A stretch of DNA of 63,981 bases, filler included, from Octopus bimaculoides (GCF_001194135.2; 7 parts of 5 records of this genome joined end to end with filler, not necessarily neighbours in it), one strand, 5' to 3'. Shown: positions 1-13,205, numbered from the whole stretch's first letter. Numbers and translations: made by a program. The notes: generated from the letters alone by a model not told the origin.

Positions 1-30
<30 letters not shown>

Positions 31-34
<4 letters not shown>

Positions 35-81
35 CTTATGTGGACCCCAAGGATCATATGGATCACAATTGAGAACCACTG
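31..81. mobile_element. Right end of hAT/Charlie-like MITE (family also at 15914 and 48014)
   Basis: Ends in TTGAGAACCACTG and shares AAATCTTATGTGGA(C/T)CCC with the right ends of the other two copies. Confidence 0.5.
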
Positions 82-414
82 ACCTAAAGTAATTCACTTT
101 TGAATAGTTCCTTCCTTAGGAGTTAAAGTAGACGCTACTCCAAGCCGACTTAATTTTATATTTCTGCCGATCAGAACTATTTTATGGTCAATGTTCCAAA
201 GTTTGTGGATCTAACCAGTCATTTAAACCTATCACACTTGAAACTGTAAATAAATATACATTTAACAACTGATTATTAGAAATATAGAGATAAAAAGTTA
301 GTTAGCTAAACTCTTACGTAAGTTAATTAAACTCAAAGGATGGATTGGATCGTTGGCGGAAATTAGCGGAAAAATTGCTATATATTTCATGAATGCATAG
401 TATCCTGTAATAAT

Positions 415-770
415 GGTTTCAAATTTTGGCACAAAGCTAGAAATTTCGGGGCAGAGGCTCAGGCGATAACATCAACTCCAGTGTTCAACTGATACTTATT
501 TTATCGATCTCGAAAAGTCGACCTCGGTAGATTTTGAACTCAGAGCGTAAAATGGGCGAAATACCGCTAAGCAATTTGTCGGTACAAAGAGAGGTATTTA
601 GACAATTACACCAACCCCAGTGCTCAGCTGGTGCTTATTTTATTGACCCCGAAAAGGTGAAAGGAGAAAAAAAAGTCGACCTCAGTGGAATTTGAAATCA
701 AAACGTAAATAGGGAAGCATTGCTGGCAAGTATTCTATACCCGCGAGCTTAACGACTCTGCCAGCTCGTC
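415..770 (-). mobile_element. Two partial tandem copies of tRNA-derived SINE family A
   Basis: Matches in-window family A blocks GTTTCAAATTTTGGCACAA, TACTTATTTTATCGA, AAAGTCGACCTCGG, TTTGAACTCAGA and TGCCAGCTCG. Confidence 0.7.
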
Positions 771-1649
771 GGAAAGTTAATGAATTAATGGGATTACCAT
801 ATATTACAACGAAGTGAAAACTTCAGAGCTAATTAATTTCTGAAATATATCATCAACAGAAAAGTTTACCCTTAATTAGACTTTCATAATTAAAATCTTA
901 GTTTTTGCATTTTTTTGACTCCTTAGATCGAAGACATTATTTTCNNNNNNNNNNNNNNNNNNNNNNNNNNNNNNNNNNNNNNNNNNNNNNNNNNNNNNNN
1001 NNNNNNNNNNNNNNNNNNNNNNNNNNNNNNNNNNNNNNNNNNNNNNNNNNNNNNNNNNNNNNNNNNNNNNNNNNNNNNNNNNNNNNNNNNNNNNNNNNNN
1101 NNNNNNNNNNNNNNNNNNNNNNNNNNNNNNNNNNNNNNNNNNNNNNNNNNNNNNNNNNNNNNNNNNNNNNNNNNNNNNNNNNNNNNNNNNNNNNNNNNNN
1201 NNNNNNNNNNNNNNNNNNNNNNNNNNNNNNNNNNNNNNNNNNNNNNNNNNNNNNNNNNNNNNNNNNNNNNNNNNNNNNNNNNNNNNNNNNNNNNNNNNNN
1301 NNNNNNNNNNNNNNNNNNNNNNNNNNNNNNNNNNNNNNNNNNNNNNNNNNNNNNNNNNNNNNNNNNNNNNNNNNNNNNNNNNNNNNNNNNNNNNNNNNNN
1401 NNNNNNNNNNNNNNNNNNNNNNNNNNNNNNNNNNNNNNNNNNNNNNNNNNNNNNNNNNNNNNNNNNNNNNNNNNNNNNNNNNNNNNNNNNNNNNNNNNNN
1501 NNNNNNNNNNNNNNNNNNNNNNNNNNNNNNNNNNNNNNNNNNNNNNNNNNNNNNNNNNNNNNNNNNNNNNNNNNNNNNNNNNTATATATATATATATATA
1601 TATACATACATATATGCAGACGTAGACATACACACTCATACAGACACAG

Positions 1650-1696
<47 letters not shown>

Positions 1697-2236
1697 GATA
1701 TTATATATATATTTATATCTACACTGGAATACACACTCACACACACACACGCGCGCATACATGCAAACCCATATCTTATAGATAGGTATTAATAATTCCG
1801 TAAAGGAGCAAAATTAATATCTCTTATAATATCACAACACCAAAAGACAGTAATTTATTTTCATGGTGAGATGGGTTGAAGATTAACGTTTGCACCTACC
1901 TACAGCACGTCGACATCTTGAATACAACGACCTTTCTTACGGAACACAGTTTTCCTATTACTGTCAAAATAGCAGTGAATTAGTAATCAAAATTTATCTA
2001 TTACCCATTATGATGCCGTTAAACACACTCACAGAATATTCACTTTCCTCTCTGTTTTATTATATTTATGTTGTGCTATGATTTTGTGATTAGCACTGAA
2101 CAACATGAAACTAGATAATTACTATCTTTTGTGAGCTTGGGCTGGCGTTTACGACATCAGTCCCGATTTCGACTTCAAGCCGTTAAAACTTCTTTTATTC
2201 TACTTATGACCTTTCGAACGGCATATCACAACATCC

Positions 2237-2343
<107 letters not shown>

Positions 2344-2639
2344 TAAAAATAAAGGGTCTTAACGCTGACTGAAAATCCTCTTTCATACGACATTAGGTCA
2401 ACAAAAGATCTATGATGACTTTTACAAAATCTCCCATTATGATCGGTCTTAGACAATATATGGTTTAAATGTTAGTTGCCCATTCACCGTTTTACGCCCG
2501 AGTCCACTGCCGACAATTCTAGCCTAAAACAGTACAAAACATAACAATTCACTCCAAACTGTCTAATGGTTGAAGGCAAATGTAACCATTGTTTGTTAAT
2601 TTCCGACTTTTCCATTGTTATTACAATAATGCTTTGCAC

Positions 2640-2895
2640 CTCCAACAAACTGCAAGTCCCTTCTGCCTCGGTATATCCGATGCACTTAACTGTTTTGTCT
2701 CTCACCAACCATATGTCTGTGCTATGCGAGGTACCACACTAAATATTTTACTCGACAGTTCCTTAGATCACCAATCTGGAAACCCTATCTTGCTCAGCAT
2801 ATCCAATCTCCTGGAAATTGTTCAGAAACGTGCAACAAAACGAATACCCACTGTCAGGCATCTATCATAGTCTGAACGTCTTGCTTCCCTGTGTG
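2640..2895 (+). mobile_element. Decayed CR1/L2/Jockey-group LINE, RT C-terminal fragment
   Basis: Reads NPILLSISNLLEIVQKRATKRIP then Y-SERLASL, resembling the CR1-group motif WNP...LE.VQRRATK.IP...Y.ERL. Confidence 0.6.
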
Positions 2896-3089
2896 CAGGT
2901 ATGTGTGTATGTGCCTTTATCTCTCACCACCTGACAATCGGTTTGTTTGCTGGGGTTCAATGTCTGAACGCAAGTGTAGACTAAAATGATAGTGCTTTTA
3001 TTTTCTCGATTGTATTTCAGGTGAAAGAAAAAAATATATATTGGATTACATGGAACCTTTGTAACTATTCTCTCTCGTTATTTCCCCTA

Positions 3090-3465
3090 TTTCCGTCGCA
3101 ACATTCTGAGTTCAAATTCCGCCGAGGTCGACTTTGCCTTTCATCTTTTCGGGGTCGATAAATTAAGTACCAGTTGAGTACTGGGGTCGATGTAATCGAC
3201 TATCTCCCTCCCCCCAAATTTCAGGCCTCGTGCCTATAGTAGAAAGGATTATTTCCTCTATTTCAGGCGGCGAGCTGGCAGAATCGTTTGCGTATCTGAC
3301 AAAATGCTTAGTGGTATTTCTTACATTCTGAGTTCAAATTCCGCCGAGGTTGATTTTGTTTTCATCCTTTTGAGATCGATAAAGTAAGTATTAGCTTGGC
3401 ACTGTAATAGACTAGTGCTTTCCACCCAAATTTCTATTTTTGTGCCGACAGTAGAAAGAATTATT
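3090..3465 (+). mobile_element. Two tandem SINE family A copies (tail variant GCCTATAGTAGAAAGGATTATT)
   Basis: Head GGCGGCGAGCTGGCAGAATCG (A-box-like), B-box GAGTTCAAATTCC, body GTCGACTTTGCCTTTCATC. Confidence 0.8.
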
Positions 3466-4835
3466 TCCCCTTAGTACTATTCCCTTCTCGTTCTGTCTTT
3501 TCAGCTGTTTATTGTAATGTCTTAATGCCTGTAAAAAATTCAGACAACGTAAGAGTCTTACGTTGTCTCAATTTTTTTAATCGCATCTTTTAATTTGATT
3601 TCTTTAAAATAAACATTTCAAAAAACCGTAAAATAAGATAAAAAGAAATTATTTCGTGTGAAGATTGAACCCGTATCGCAGATCTTAGTTTTCCGATAGC
3701 TTAATTCTCTTACAACAGAGGCAATGGAAGTTAACACAGATTTTTAACAATCGCAACAGCAACAACAACAACAACAACAACAATGACCACAAAAATTGAT
3801 GGCGTCAGTTTTTAAAGACTGTTTGCTGAATAGTATCAAGACGGTCTTCTCCAGCTTCGCATCATCGTCGTCATCATTGTCATCAATCATTATCGTCATC
3901 ATCACCACCACCACCACCACCACCACCATCACCACCACTACTATTATGCTCACTTCTCCTCCTACTCTTCCTCCTCATCCTTGTTTTTCTTTTACTTGTC
4001 CTTTCTTCTTCTTCTTCTTCTTCTTCTTCTTCTTCTTCTTCTTCTTCTTCTTCNNNNNNNNNNNNNNNNNNNNNNNNNNNNNNNNNNNNNNNNNNNNNNN
4101 NNNNNNNNNNNNNNNNNNNNNNNNNNNNNNNNNNNNNNNNNNNNNNNNNNNNNNNNNNNNNNNNNNNNNNNNNNNNNNNNNNNNNNNNNNNNNNNNNNNN
4201 NNNNNNNNNNNNNNNNNNNNNNNNNNNNNNNNNNNNNNNNNNNNNNNNNNNNNNNNNNNNNNNNNNNNNNNNNNNNNNNNNNNNNNNNNNNNNNNNNNNN
4301 NNNNNNNNNNNNNNNNNNNNNNNNNNNNNNNNNNNNNNNNNNNNNNNNNNNNNNNNNNNNNNNNNNNNNNNNNGTTACAAATGAAAAAAAAAAAGAAAAA
4401 AAAAAGAAAAAAATTCTTCCAGTTCTTCGTTCTTCTAGTGATTTTTATCTGACCCGACTTGGATTTTTCCAATCGATCATAGAAGACACTACAAGGTAAA
4501 GAGAAAAACCGAAAATAAATGAAATAAAAATGAAAATAAAACACACGCCTAGAAAAAAAAAAAAAAAAAGAGAAAAGAAATCCTTGGTAATGTTCTCGCT
4601 CATTATTTCCCCTATTTACCATTCCCTTTTCGTTCTGTCTCTTCATCTATTTATTGTTATGTCTCTCCGCCTCTTACGTTGTCTGAAAATTATTTTTTTC
4701 CGCATCCTTAAATATGATTCCTTTAAAACTAACGTAAATTCTAAAAAGCCGTAAAGAATTTGATTGAATCATTTGGTGGCGTAATTTTTTAAAACTAAGG
4801 TTTTGGTTGAATTGTAGCGATGGGTATAGAATTAG

Positions 4836-4938
<103 letters not shown>

Positions 4939-5141
4939 AACTAATCAATGTATCTATTGCTCTCACTCTGAATCGACTACTCACTAAACTTCATCCTTAT
5001 TCTCCTCCTGCTTCCGATTTCTTTCTCTCTATGTCTCTCAGTATGTATATAGATTTATATATACGTGCATGCATACACACACATCACACACACATCACAC
5101 ACACACACACACGCACACACACGCGCGCGTGCACACACATA

Positions 5142-5176
<35 letters not shown>

Positions 5177-6101
5177 NNNNNNNNNNNNNNNNNNNNNNNN
5201 NNNNNNNNNNNNNNNNNNNNNNNNNNNNNNNNNNNNNNNNNNNNNNNNNNNNNNNNNNNNNNNNNNNNNNNNNNNNNNNNNNNNNNNNNNNNNNNNNNNN
5301 NNNNNNNNNNNNNNNNNNNNNNNNNNNNNNNNNNNNNNNNNNNNNNNNNNNNNNNNNNNNNNNNNNNNNNNNNNNNNNNNNNNNNNNNNNNNNNNNNNNN
5401 NNNNNNNNNNNNNNNNNNNNNNNNNNNNNNNNNNNNNNNNNNNNNNNNNNNNNNNNNNNNNNNNNNNNNNNNNNNNNNNNNNNNNNNNNNNNNNNNNNNN
5501 NNNNNNNNNNNNNNNNNNNNNNNNNNNNNNNNNNNNNNNNNNNNNNNNNNNNNNNNNNNNNNNNNNNNNNNNNNNNNNNNNNNNNNNNNNNNNNNNNNNN
5601 NNNNNNNNNNNNNNNNNNNNNNNNNNNNNNNNNNNNNNNNNNNNNNNNNNNNNNNNNNNNNNNNNNNNNNNNNNNNNNNNNNNNNNNNNNNNNNNNNNNN
5701 NNNNNNNNNNNNNNNNNNNNNNNNNNNNNNNNNNNNNNNNNNNNNNNNNNNNNNNNNNNNNNNNNNNNNNNNNNNNNNNNNNNNNNNNNNNNNNNNNNNN
5801 NNNNNNNNNNNNNNNNNNNNNNNNNNNNNNNNNNNNNNNNNNNNNNNNNNNNNNNNNNNNNNNNNNNNNNNNNNNNNNNNNNNNNNNNNNNNNNNNNNNN
5901 NNNNNNNNNNNNNNNNNNNNNNNNNNNNNNNNNNNNNNNNNNNNNNNNNNNNNNNNNNNNNNNNNNNNNNNNNNNNNNNNNNNNNNNNNNNNNNNNNNNN
6001 NNNNNNNNNNNNNNNNNNNNNNNNNNNNNNNNNNNNNNNNNNNNNNNNNNNNNNNNNNNNNNNNNNNNNNNNNNNNNNNNNNNNNNNNNNNNNNNNNNNN
6101 N

Positions 6102-6156
<55 letters not shown>

Positions 6157-7650
6157 GTCTATCTATCTATCTATCTATTTAGGAAGAATCCTTTTTGGAT
6201 TAATCCAGAAGTCGGAACCGATTCAAGGATAACTATATTTCTATGAATTTCTGTTAGCTTACTTTCCTTGTTTCGACATGTGGTGTAATAATATAAGTGA
6301 AAATATTTTATGTGGTTAGACGATTTAGCATCTATTTTTCAGCATATTGGCAAAGACAATTTTTTTCTTTTGCCCTTATTTATAATTGTATTTATAATTT
6401 TCACCTTAAAAGGTATTTTTCATATGCTGGCCACTGATGAAATTTTATAATAAAATTTTATCTTTCTATTAGAAGTATATATACATAAGAAATTAAAAAT
6501 GGAAAATACACACTTTACATAGTTTTAATATAATTTTTGATATATCGACCGGTTTCGCTTTCGCTATTCATGATATTAACGTTTACTTATGTGAATATGT
6601 AGTTTCTTAAGAAGACATTTTTATCTATATTGTGTGTGATGATATTTACGAGTGAATGACTTCACAAGTAGGAAAGTAAGGAGAGGTAATTGGTTATCGT
6701 TATTATTGTTATTGTTGTGGGCAAGAGAGATAACTGTTCAGCTTTCGGTAAGGGGAGGGGAATATATATATATATATACAGACACAAAAAAGTTTCGAAA
6801 AACTTTTTTAGTGAGGGGATTTATGTATAATGATGTAATCGTGAATTGAAATATGTAAAAAGATAAAAGTTGGTTACGCGNNNNNNNNNNNNNNNNNNNN
6901 NNNNNNNNNNNNNNNNNNNNNNNNNNNNNNNNNNNNNNNNNNNNNNNNNNNNNNNNNNNNNNNNNNNNNNNNNNNNNNNNNNNNNNNNNNNNNNNNNNNN
7001 NNNNNNNNNNNNNNNNNNNNNNNNNNNNNNNNNNNNNNNNNNNNNNNNNNNNNNNNNNNNNNNNNNNNNNNNNNNNNNNNNNNNNNNNNNNNNNNNNNNN
7101 NNNNNNNNNNNNNNNNNNNNNNNNNNNNNNNNNNNNNNNNNNNNNNNNNNNNNNNNNNNNNNNNNNNNNNNNNNNNNNNNNNNNNNNNNNNNNNNNNNNN
7201 NNNNNNNNNNNNNNNNNNNNNNNNNNNNNNNNNNNNNNNNNNNNNNNNNNNNNNNNNNNNNNNNNNNNNNNNNNNNNNNNNNNNNNNNNNNNNNNNNNNN
7301 NNNNNNNNNNNNNNNNNNNNNNNNNNNNNNNNNNNNNNNNNNNNNNNNNNNNNNNNNNNNNNNNNNNNNNNNNNNNNNNNNNNNNNNNNNNNNNNNNNNN
7401 NNNNNNNNNNNNNNNNNNNNNNNNNNNNNNNNNNNNNNNNNNNNNNNNNNNNNNNNNNNNNNNNNNNNNNNNNNNNNNNNNNNNNNNNNNNNNNNNNNNN
7501 NNNNNNNNNNNNNNNNNNNNNNNNNNNNNNNNNNNNNNNNNNNNNNNNNNNNNNNNNNNNNNNNNNNNNNNNNNNNNNNNNNNNNNNNNNNNNNNNNNNN
7601 NNNNNNNNNNNNNNNNNNNNNNNNNNNNNNNNNNNNNNNNNNNNNNNNNA

Positions 7651-7975
7651 CGTTGATACCAGTGCTCAACTGGTACTTATTTTATCGACCCTGAAATGAG
7701 GAAAGGCAAAGTCGACCCCGGACGAAATACCGCTAAGCCCGGCGCGTTAACGATTCTGGTAGCTCGCCGCTTTTTAAAGCATATACTGGTTTCAAATTTT
7801 GGCACAAGGTCAGCAATTTCGGGGGAAGGGGGCTAAGTCTTTTAAATCAACCCCGAAATGATGAAAGGCAAAGTCGACACCGGTAGATTTTGAACTCGAA
7901 ACGTAAAAACAGACAAAATGCCGCTAAGCATTTCTCCCGGCGTGCTAACGTTTCTGCCAGCTCGCCACCTTTAAC
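7651..7975 (-). mobile_element. Two internally deleted SINE family A copies in tandem
   Basis: Family A blocks occur twice (7651-7770 and 7788-7970). Confidence 0.75.
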
Positions 7976-8397
7976 ATACTAATAAATTAAACACAGTAAT
8001 ATACTGTATCTAATTCAGTGTTGTCCTTACAGACATTGGTTTTATGTGTTAAAATAAGAAAGAGCAAGTCTCTGTTTCTATAGATTGCTCGATAATCAAT
8101 CAATAGGTCAACGTTACATATTCTATCACCAACATTGTTACGCGTCTGTGGCCCGATTCCTTACTTCGTAACAACTGAGTCTATTTACTTCGTTTTTGCA
8201 TTTGACCACAACCACTACCCATGCAATATATACACATGTGTGCGTTCGTGCGTACGTCCATGTGGGTGAATGTGATGGAAAGTCAAATGTGTGTGGGTAT
8301 AGGTAGGTATATATAGGGTATTATTAGAATAATAGCAGGATACAAAGAAATTCATACAGATAACTACACAAATAATATGAACAATTCTGATACATAA

Positions 8398-8445
<48 letters not shown>

Positions 8446-8730
8446 AAATACAAAATAGAACAAGAACGCAAAGCATCCAGACAATTAGGTGATACAAGAA
8501 AGGGACAACAAATCATCCAGATAGACGATACAAAGAAAGCAAGGATGGGTCATTCGGTGTTTTCTTTCCTCAGTCGAGTCCCAGATTATCTTTGCAATTT
8601 CGGCTGGTTATACTCGAGATTGCTCCAATCTGGCCAGCCCCAAGGAAAAACTAAGAGCATTAGATTCCTTGGAAGAAAGCAGCGAATGTATACAAAAACA
8701 AGGACGGAAAAAAGGGAGAAAGTTATACAA

Positions 8731-8761
<31 letters not shown>

Positions 8762-8767
8762 TTTATG

Positions 8768-8826
<59 letters not shown>

Positions 8827-10739
8827 GTATATATCCAAGTAGCGTATACGAATACACACACATACATACACAGAGGCATGCAAAAGCACATGCGCACGCA
8901 TATACACACAGAGGCATACATTCAGACGCCTGCCTACTCAAAAAATCGGCTACACTGCGCTCGTACACACCGGAATGCATAAACGTATGACTCTCCCAAG
9001 ATGAGTTCATTTAGTTTTGAAACAAAAGTCTAACCGTTTCTAGTATCACAGTGATCCATATGACCTGGTGTTTCGGAAACAAATACTTCGATCTGGACAC
9101 TGATGAATCGTAGGTTGCTTTTCCATACTTTGCACTCAACGCTAAACAGCCTTTTTACAATACAACTGCGCTGCTGCTACTTGTAACTGTTGCTTGTTCC
9201 AACCTTATGGTACCATTTCAGAATCACGTGTCCTTATTACATATACAGCGCAATGTCTAGGAACTGTATATAAATCGTTGCCTCAAGGATGGGCGATATG
9301 GTAACCGACAACTAGTTGTCCGTTACCGTTTCCACACGGCGATCTTCACTTTCACTAAGTTCCTGGTGTTGTTGCTTGGCCTTAGTTCAGCCCTGACAGC
9401 GCAGATCTACGACCAAAAGTACTAAAACTGTGACCACCTCATCTCTATTTCTAGGACTACATTTGACCAGTTTTCTTCCCATTACTTTACTAAGACGGCT
9501 GTGTACAATTTGAGAGTGCTTTGGCTGGCTTGTCGATTGCTCTAAGATGTTGTTGCTGTTACTGCCGTTGTTGCTGAATCCTAGGTCAACCTGACCGATT
9601 AAACCTTTAGCAAAAGGCTTTCCAGTCGTGATCATCCAAGAATTTTGTATATCTATGATTACATTGTGCAATGTGCCCTGTCACTTTCAGGTATAATTTG
9701 CTGAAGCTTTGGCTGCTATTTCTAACAGGTCAAGCGACTATGTAGACGCCTTGTTGCTGGCACGCTGCCAGCGACTTAGCGAAGTAACATAGGTGATTCG
9801 GTAGAATATTAGATTAGTAGACACTTAAAAGAAACCTGAGATAATGTTGCCTTCTGTGATATCATAATACTTAATTGTTATACGTTGCCGTGAGTGCAGC
9901 TAATAGTACTTCTTGGCAGTAGTTAGAAGCTTGTCTTTGAAGTGATTGCAGTAGTGACCCAACAAACACGAGGTCATTTTACTGCTACCGTATATTTGGA
10001 TTAAATTCTATCTGCCTTTGTTTCTCTCAGTAAATTCATTGTTATTGCTCAATGACGGATGAACACTGAATGAACAGTCTTATGATCAAAGGAGGTCCAA
10101 CCGTGACCATTGAGCTTTAATTTTCGGACAGTTTATCGAAAACTATTCAATATTATTTCAATGTCTCTTCGCTTTTTTTTTTCTTTTTGCTTTAGAGACA
10201 GAGAAAATATGGTTTAGGGTAATTTGGGTGCTATTTCTAAAATATCTACTGACCATGTAAAAGCTTTCTCATTGGCTTATAAAATTTGTGCAGATCAGTT
10301 CGCTTCTGATGCCTGTGTGTACTGAGTTGCTTCTAGTCATCATTAATTTCCACTTTTAGAAATGACGAGTTGTGATGTTAATGTTTTGTCCGTAACATTA
10401 GCAATAAATTCTTAACGGAAATAGCAAAATATCGATTGAAACCAGCAAGATAGCCAGTGTTGGATGCATAACAAAGTAGATGAATGCGTGTATCAATTAG
10501 TGTGAGAATGTAGCCAGAGGATACATAAGGAAACGGAAGAAGAAACGACAAAATAGAAAAACAAAGGTACACTGTGAAGTTAGTAGAAATATGACTACGA
10601 GCATTCAAATATCTTTAGAAATGTATGTTTTAAAAAAAGAGTCCTTTAGATTGAATTAGCGAGCAGATATGATTATAATACAAGGCAAAAACTATGTATG
10701 CGTGACAAAATCAGATTTTGCTGTATTATAGGAGGTCTT

Positions 10740-11235
10740 TAGGGTTCAATTCTGTTTTCCTACCTATCCTCATCTATGGTCACGAATGTTAGTAAATGAC
10801 CAGAAGAGTACGATCACGGATACGAACGACCGAAATCGGGTTCCTCCGAAAGATTTTTAGAGTAACGTTACTCGACAGGGTGTGTAACTCTGCGATCAGG
10901 GTGTCTCTTCGACTCGAGCTGCTACTTCTCCACATTGAGAGATCACGGCTCCGGTACTATGGACATGTATTTAGAATGTCACTGGAAAGAATCACAAGAC
11001 AGATTCTTGAAACCGAGCCAACCTTTAGCAGACTTGGGGGTAAAGCAAGAACGAAATGGTTGGATAAGATCCATAGCCTTTGCTGGTCATGCTTGAGAAT
11101 CCAACCGGAAAGTATAATGACGGTTGATTCAGAAACGATCCCATGGAGGACGTATCTGAGGACTCTATCACTAAGATCCTTCCAGGAATAGAGGAACAGT
11201 GAGCAGAGAAGATAGATGGACGGATGGATGGATGA
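10740..11235 (+). mobile_element. RTE-clade LINE 3' fragment, Expander/Rex3-like
   Basis: PILIYGHEC then ORF 10796-11191 (MTRRVRSRIRTTEIGFLR...LLLHIERSRLRYYGHVFRM...RTKWLD), followed by a (GATG)n-like tail. Confidence 0.85.
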
Positions 11236-11699
11236 ATAAGAACAAAAAGTAGAAGAAACTGAAAGTATTGCTCAGAGAGATGAAAATTCTTTCGTTCATG
11301 TGATTGAAAGCTATCCCAGTTGTGATATTTAAAATAGATGTCCAAGAGAATGAGAGATATTAGAATTAAGATTTGGATGGTGAGATTAAAAAGATGCATT
11401 GATCTGTTATATTCTTCAAGGATATTTCACCAAGATTTTGAGCGTTAGGAAAACTTGTAATCACTAAATCTCAAGACATGAATCCATTGGAATAATCCAT
11501 AAAAGGCTTTGTTAAAAGAAAAACATGGAAAGAAAGAAGAAAAAGAAGGAGAAGAAGGAAGAGGATGAGAAAAAGAAGAGGGAGGAAGAGGAGGAGAAAA
11601 AGGAGAAGGAAGAGGAGGAAGAGGAGGAAAAGAAAGAGAAGAAGAAGAGGAAGGGGAAGAAGAAAAAGAAAAAGAAAAAGAAAAAGAAGAGGAATGCCG

Positions 11700-12045
11700 A
11701 AAATTTTGAGGGGTGGGGATAAGTCGATACCGTCACCTATCCTAGTACATGGCTGATAATTTATTTTATCAACTTCAGAAGGATGAATAGTAAACTTGAC
11801 CTCTGGGAGATTTGAACTCAGAATGCAAAGTGCCGGAGAAAATACCCTAAAGTATTTTGTCCTGTGATATAACAATTCACTGTCCAAATAATGATGATGA
11901 TGATGATAATGATGACAATGATGATAATGGTTTCAAATTTTGGTACACGGTCAGCAAGTTTTAGGGAGGTGGGGGAATTTGAACTCAGAACGTAACGTAA
12001 AGACAAACGAAATGCTACTAAGCGTTTTGCTAGTTCGCCGCTTTA
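11700..12045 (-). mobile_element. Two diverged SINE family A copies with (ATC/ATT)n tail between them
   Basis: ATTTGAACTCAGAA and GGTTTCAAATTTTGG blocks. Confidence 0.65.
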
Positions 12046-12128
12046 ATAGTAACAATACTCTACTACGACTACTACTACTACTACTACTACTACTAACAAC
12101 AACAACAACAACAACAACAACAATAATG

Positions 12129-12478
12129 ATTTAATTTATTTGCCACAAGGGCAAAGGATGAGGGGGACAATACAAAAACAGACATAAAGTGTTGGGGTTT
12201 AGATATAATGAAATGGTAAAAAAGGAAAGAAAGAAAGAAAGTATACACGGTATACACTGAAAAAGAAGGGACATGCATAGCATACAAAGGTTTTTAAAAA
12301 AAAGTGGCGGGTGGATGATAGAGATGTGGCCCTCCCGATACAGGAAAGCCTCTAGGGATCGAGGAACCCTACCGTCCGAGATTTTCTTGAAACCCCGAGA
12401 GTAAGTGGCCTCTGAAATTCCTCCTCTCCGACTCACAGGTCTACACTAAGAGAGGTACCATCCACTCTTGCCATTTTT
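12129..12478 (-). mobile_element. Tx1/L1-like LINE 3' end (ORF2 terminus and 3' UTR)
   Basis: Minus strand KMARVDGTSLSVDL-stop, then a UTR ending CCCTTGTGGCAAATAAA, similar to the CCCTGTGTGGCTAATAAA ends at 26071 and 27338. Confidence 0.55.
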
Positions 12479-12481
12479 TAA

Positions 12482-13143
12482 AACTACATAAAATACAGAG
12501 TAGACAGCACATCAGAAAGTGATAAGTGCAGAATCTGTGGACAAAATGGTGAAACCGTATGGCATATTACCAACCAATGTACGCCACTAGCCCAGAAGGA
12601 ATATAAGAGACGCCACGACAATATAGCAAGGCTTGTTCATTGGACACTTTGCAACAAGTATGGACTTGACAGAGAAAAAAATTGGTACGACCATAAACCC
12701 GAAGGCATAATCGGAAATGATAATGCAAAGATCCTGTGGGTTTTTATGATTCAGTGCGACCATGAGAGAGAGAATAAGAAGCTAGACATAGCCTTAATTG
12801 AGAAAGAAAGCAAACTATGTTGGATCATAGATATAGCATGCCCAGCTGACAACAATGTATGCGATAAGGAAGAAAGAAAAGTCGATAGATATGACAGGCT
12901 AGCTTGGGAGCTAAAGCAGTTGTGGTCGATGAAAAAGGTGGTAGTGGTACCAATAAATGTCGGAGCCCTGGGAACTGTGAGTAAAAATCTCGAGAAGTAC
13001 ATAGAACAAATAGGGGCTGCAATAAGAGTGGAGCACTTGCAGAAAACAGTACTGCTCGAAAAATAAGAGGTGTTACTTTAGTTCACTGGTAGTGAACAGC
13101 TGACACCGTAGTACATCTCCAGCGTTAGAAGCTGTGCAAAGGC
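12482..13143 (+). mobile_element. R4/Dong-like non-LTR retrotransposon, family 1: CCHC zinc knuckle, restriction-like endonuclease and 3' end
   Basis: NYIKYRVDSTSESDKCRICGQNGETVWHITNQC...KRRHDNIA...KILW.FMIQCDH...IIDIACP...EERKVDRY...PINVGALGTV; ends directly in (TAA)n. Confidence 0.9.
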
Positions 13144-13153
13144 AATAATAATG

Positions 13154-13203
<50 letters not shown>
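13144..13203. repeat. (TAA)n array between two R4-like elements
   Basis: Directly visible. Confidence 0.97.

Positions 13204-13205
<2 letters not shown>

Noticed and set aside
8520-8715. GC-richer block that looks like an interspersed repeat
   Set aside because: Single copy in this window with no TIR, TSD or ORF, so it cannot be supported from the sequence alone.
11512-11756. Lys/Glu/Arg-rich ORFs resembling protamine
   Set aside because: A (GAA/GAG)n purine tract only.
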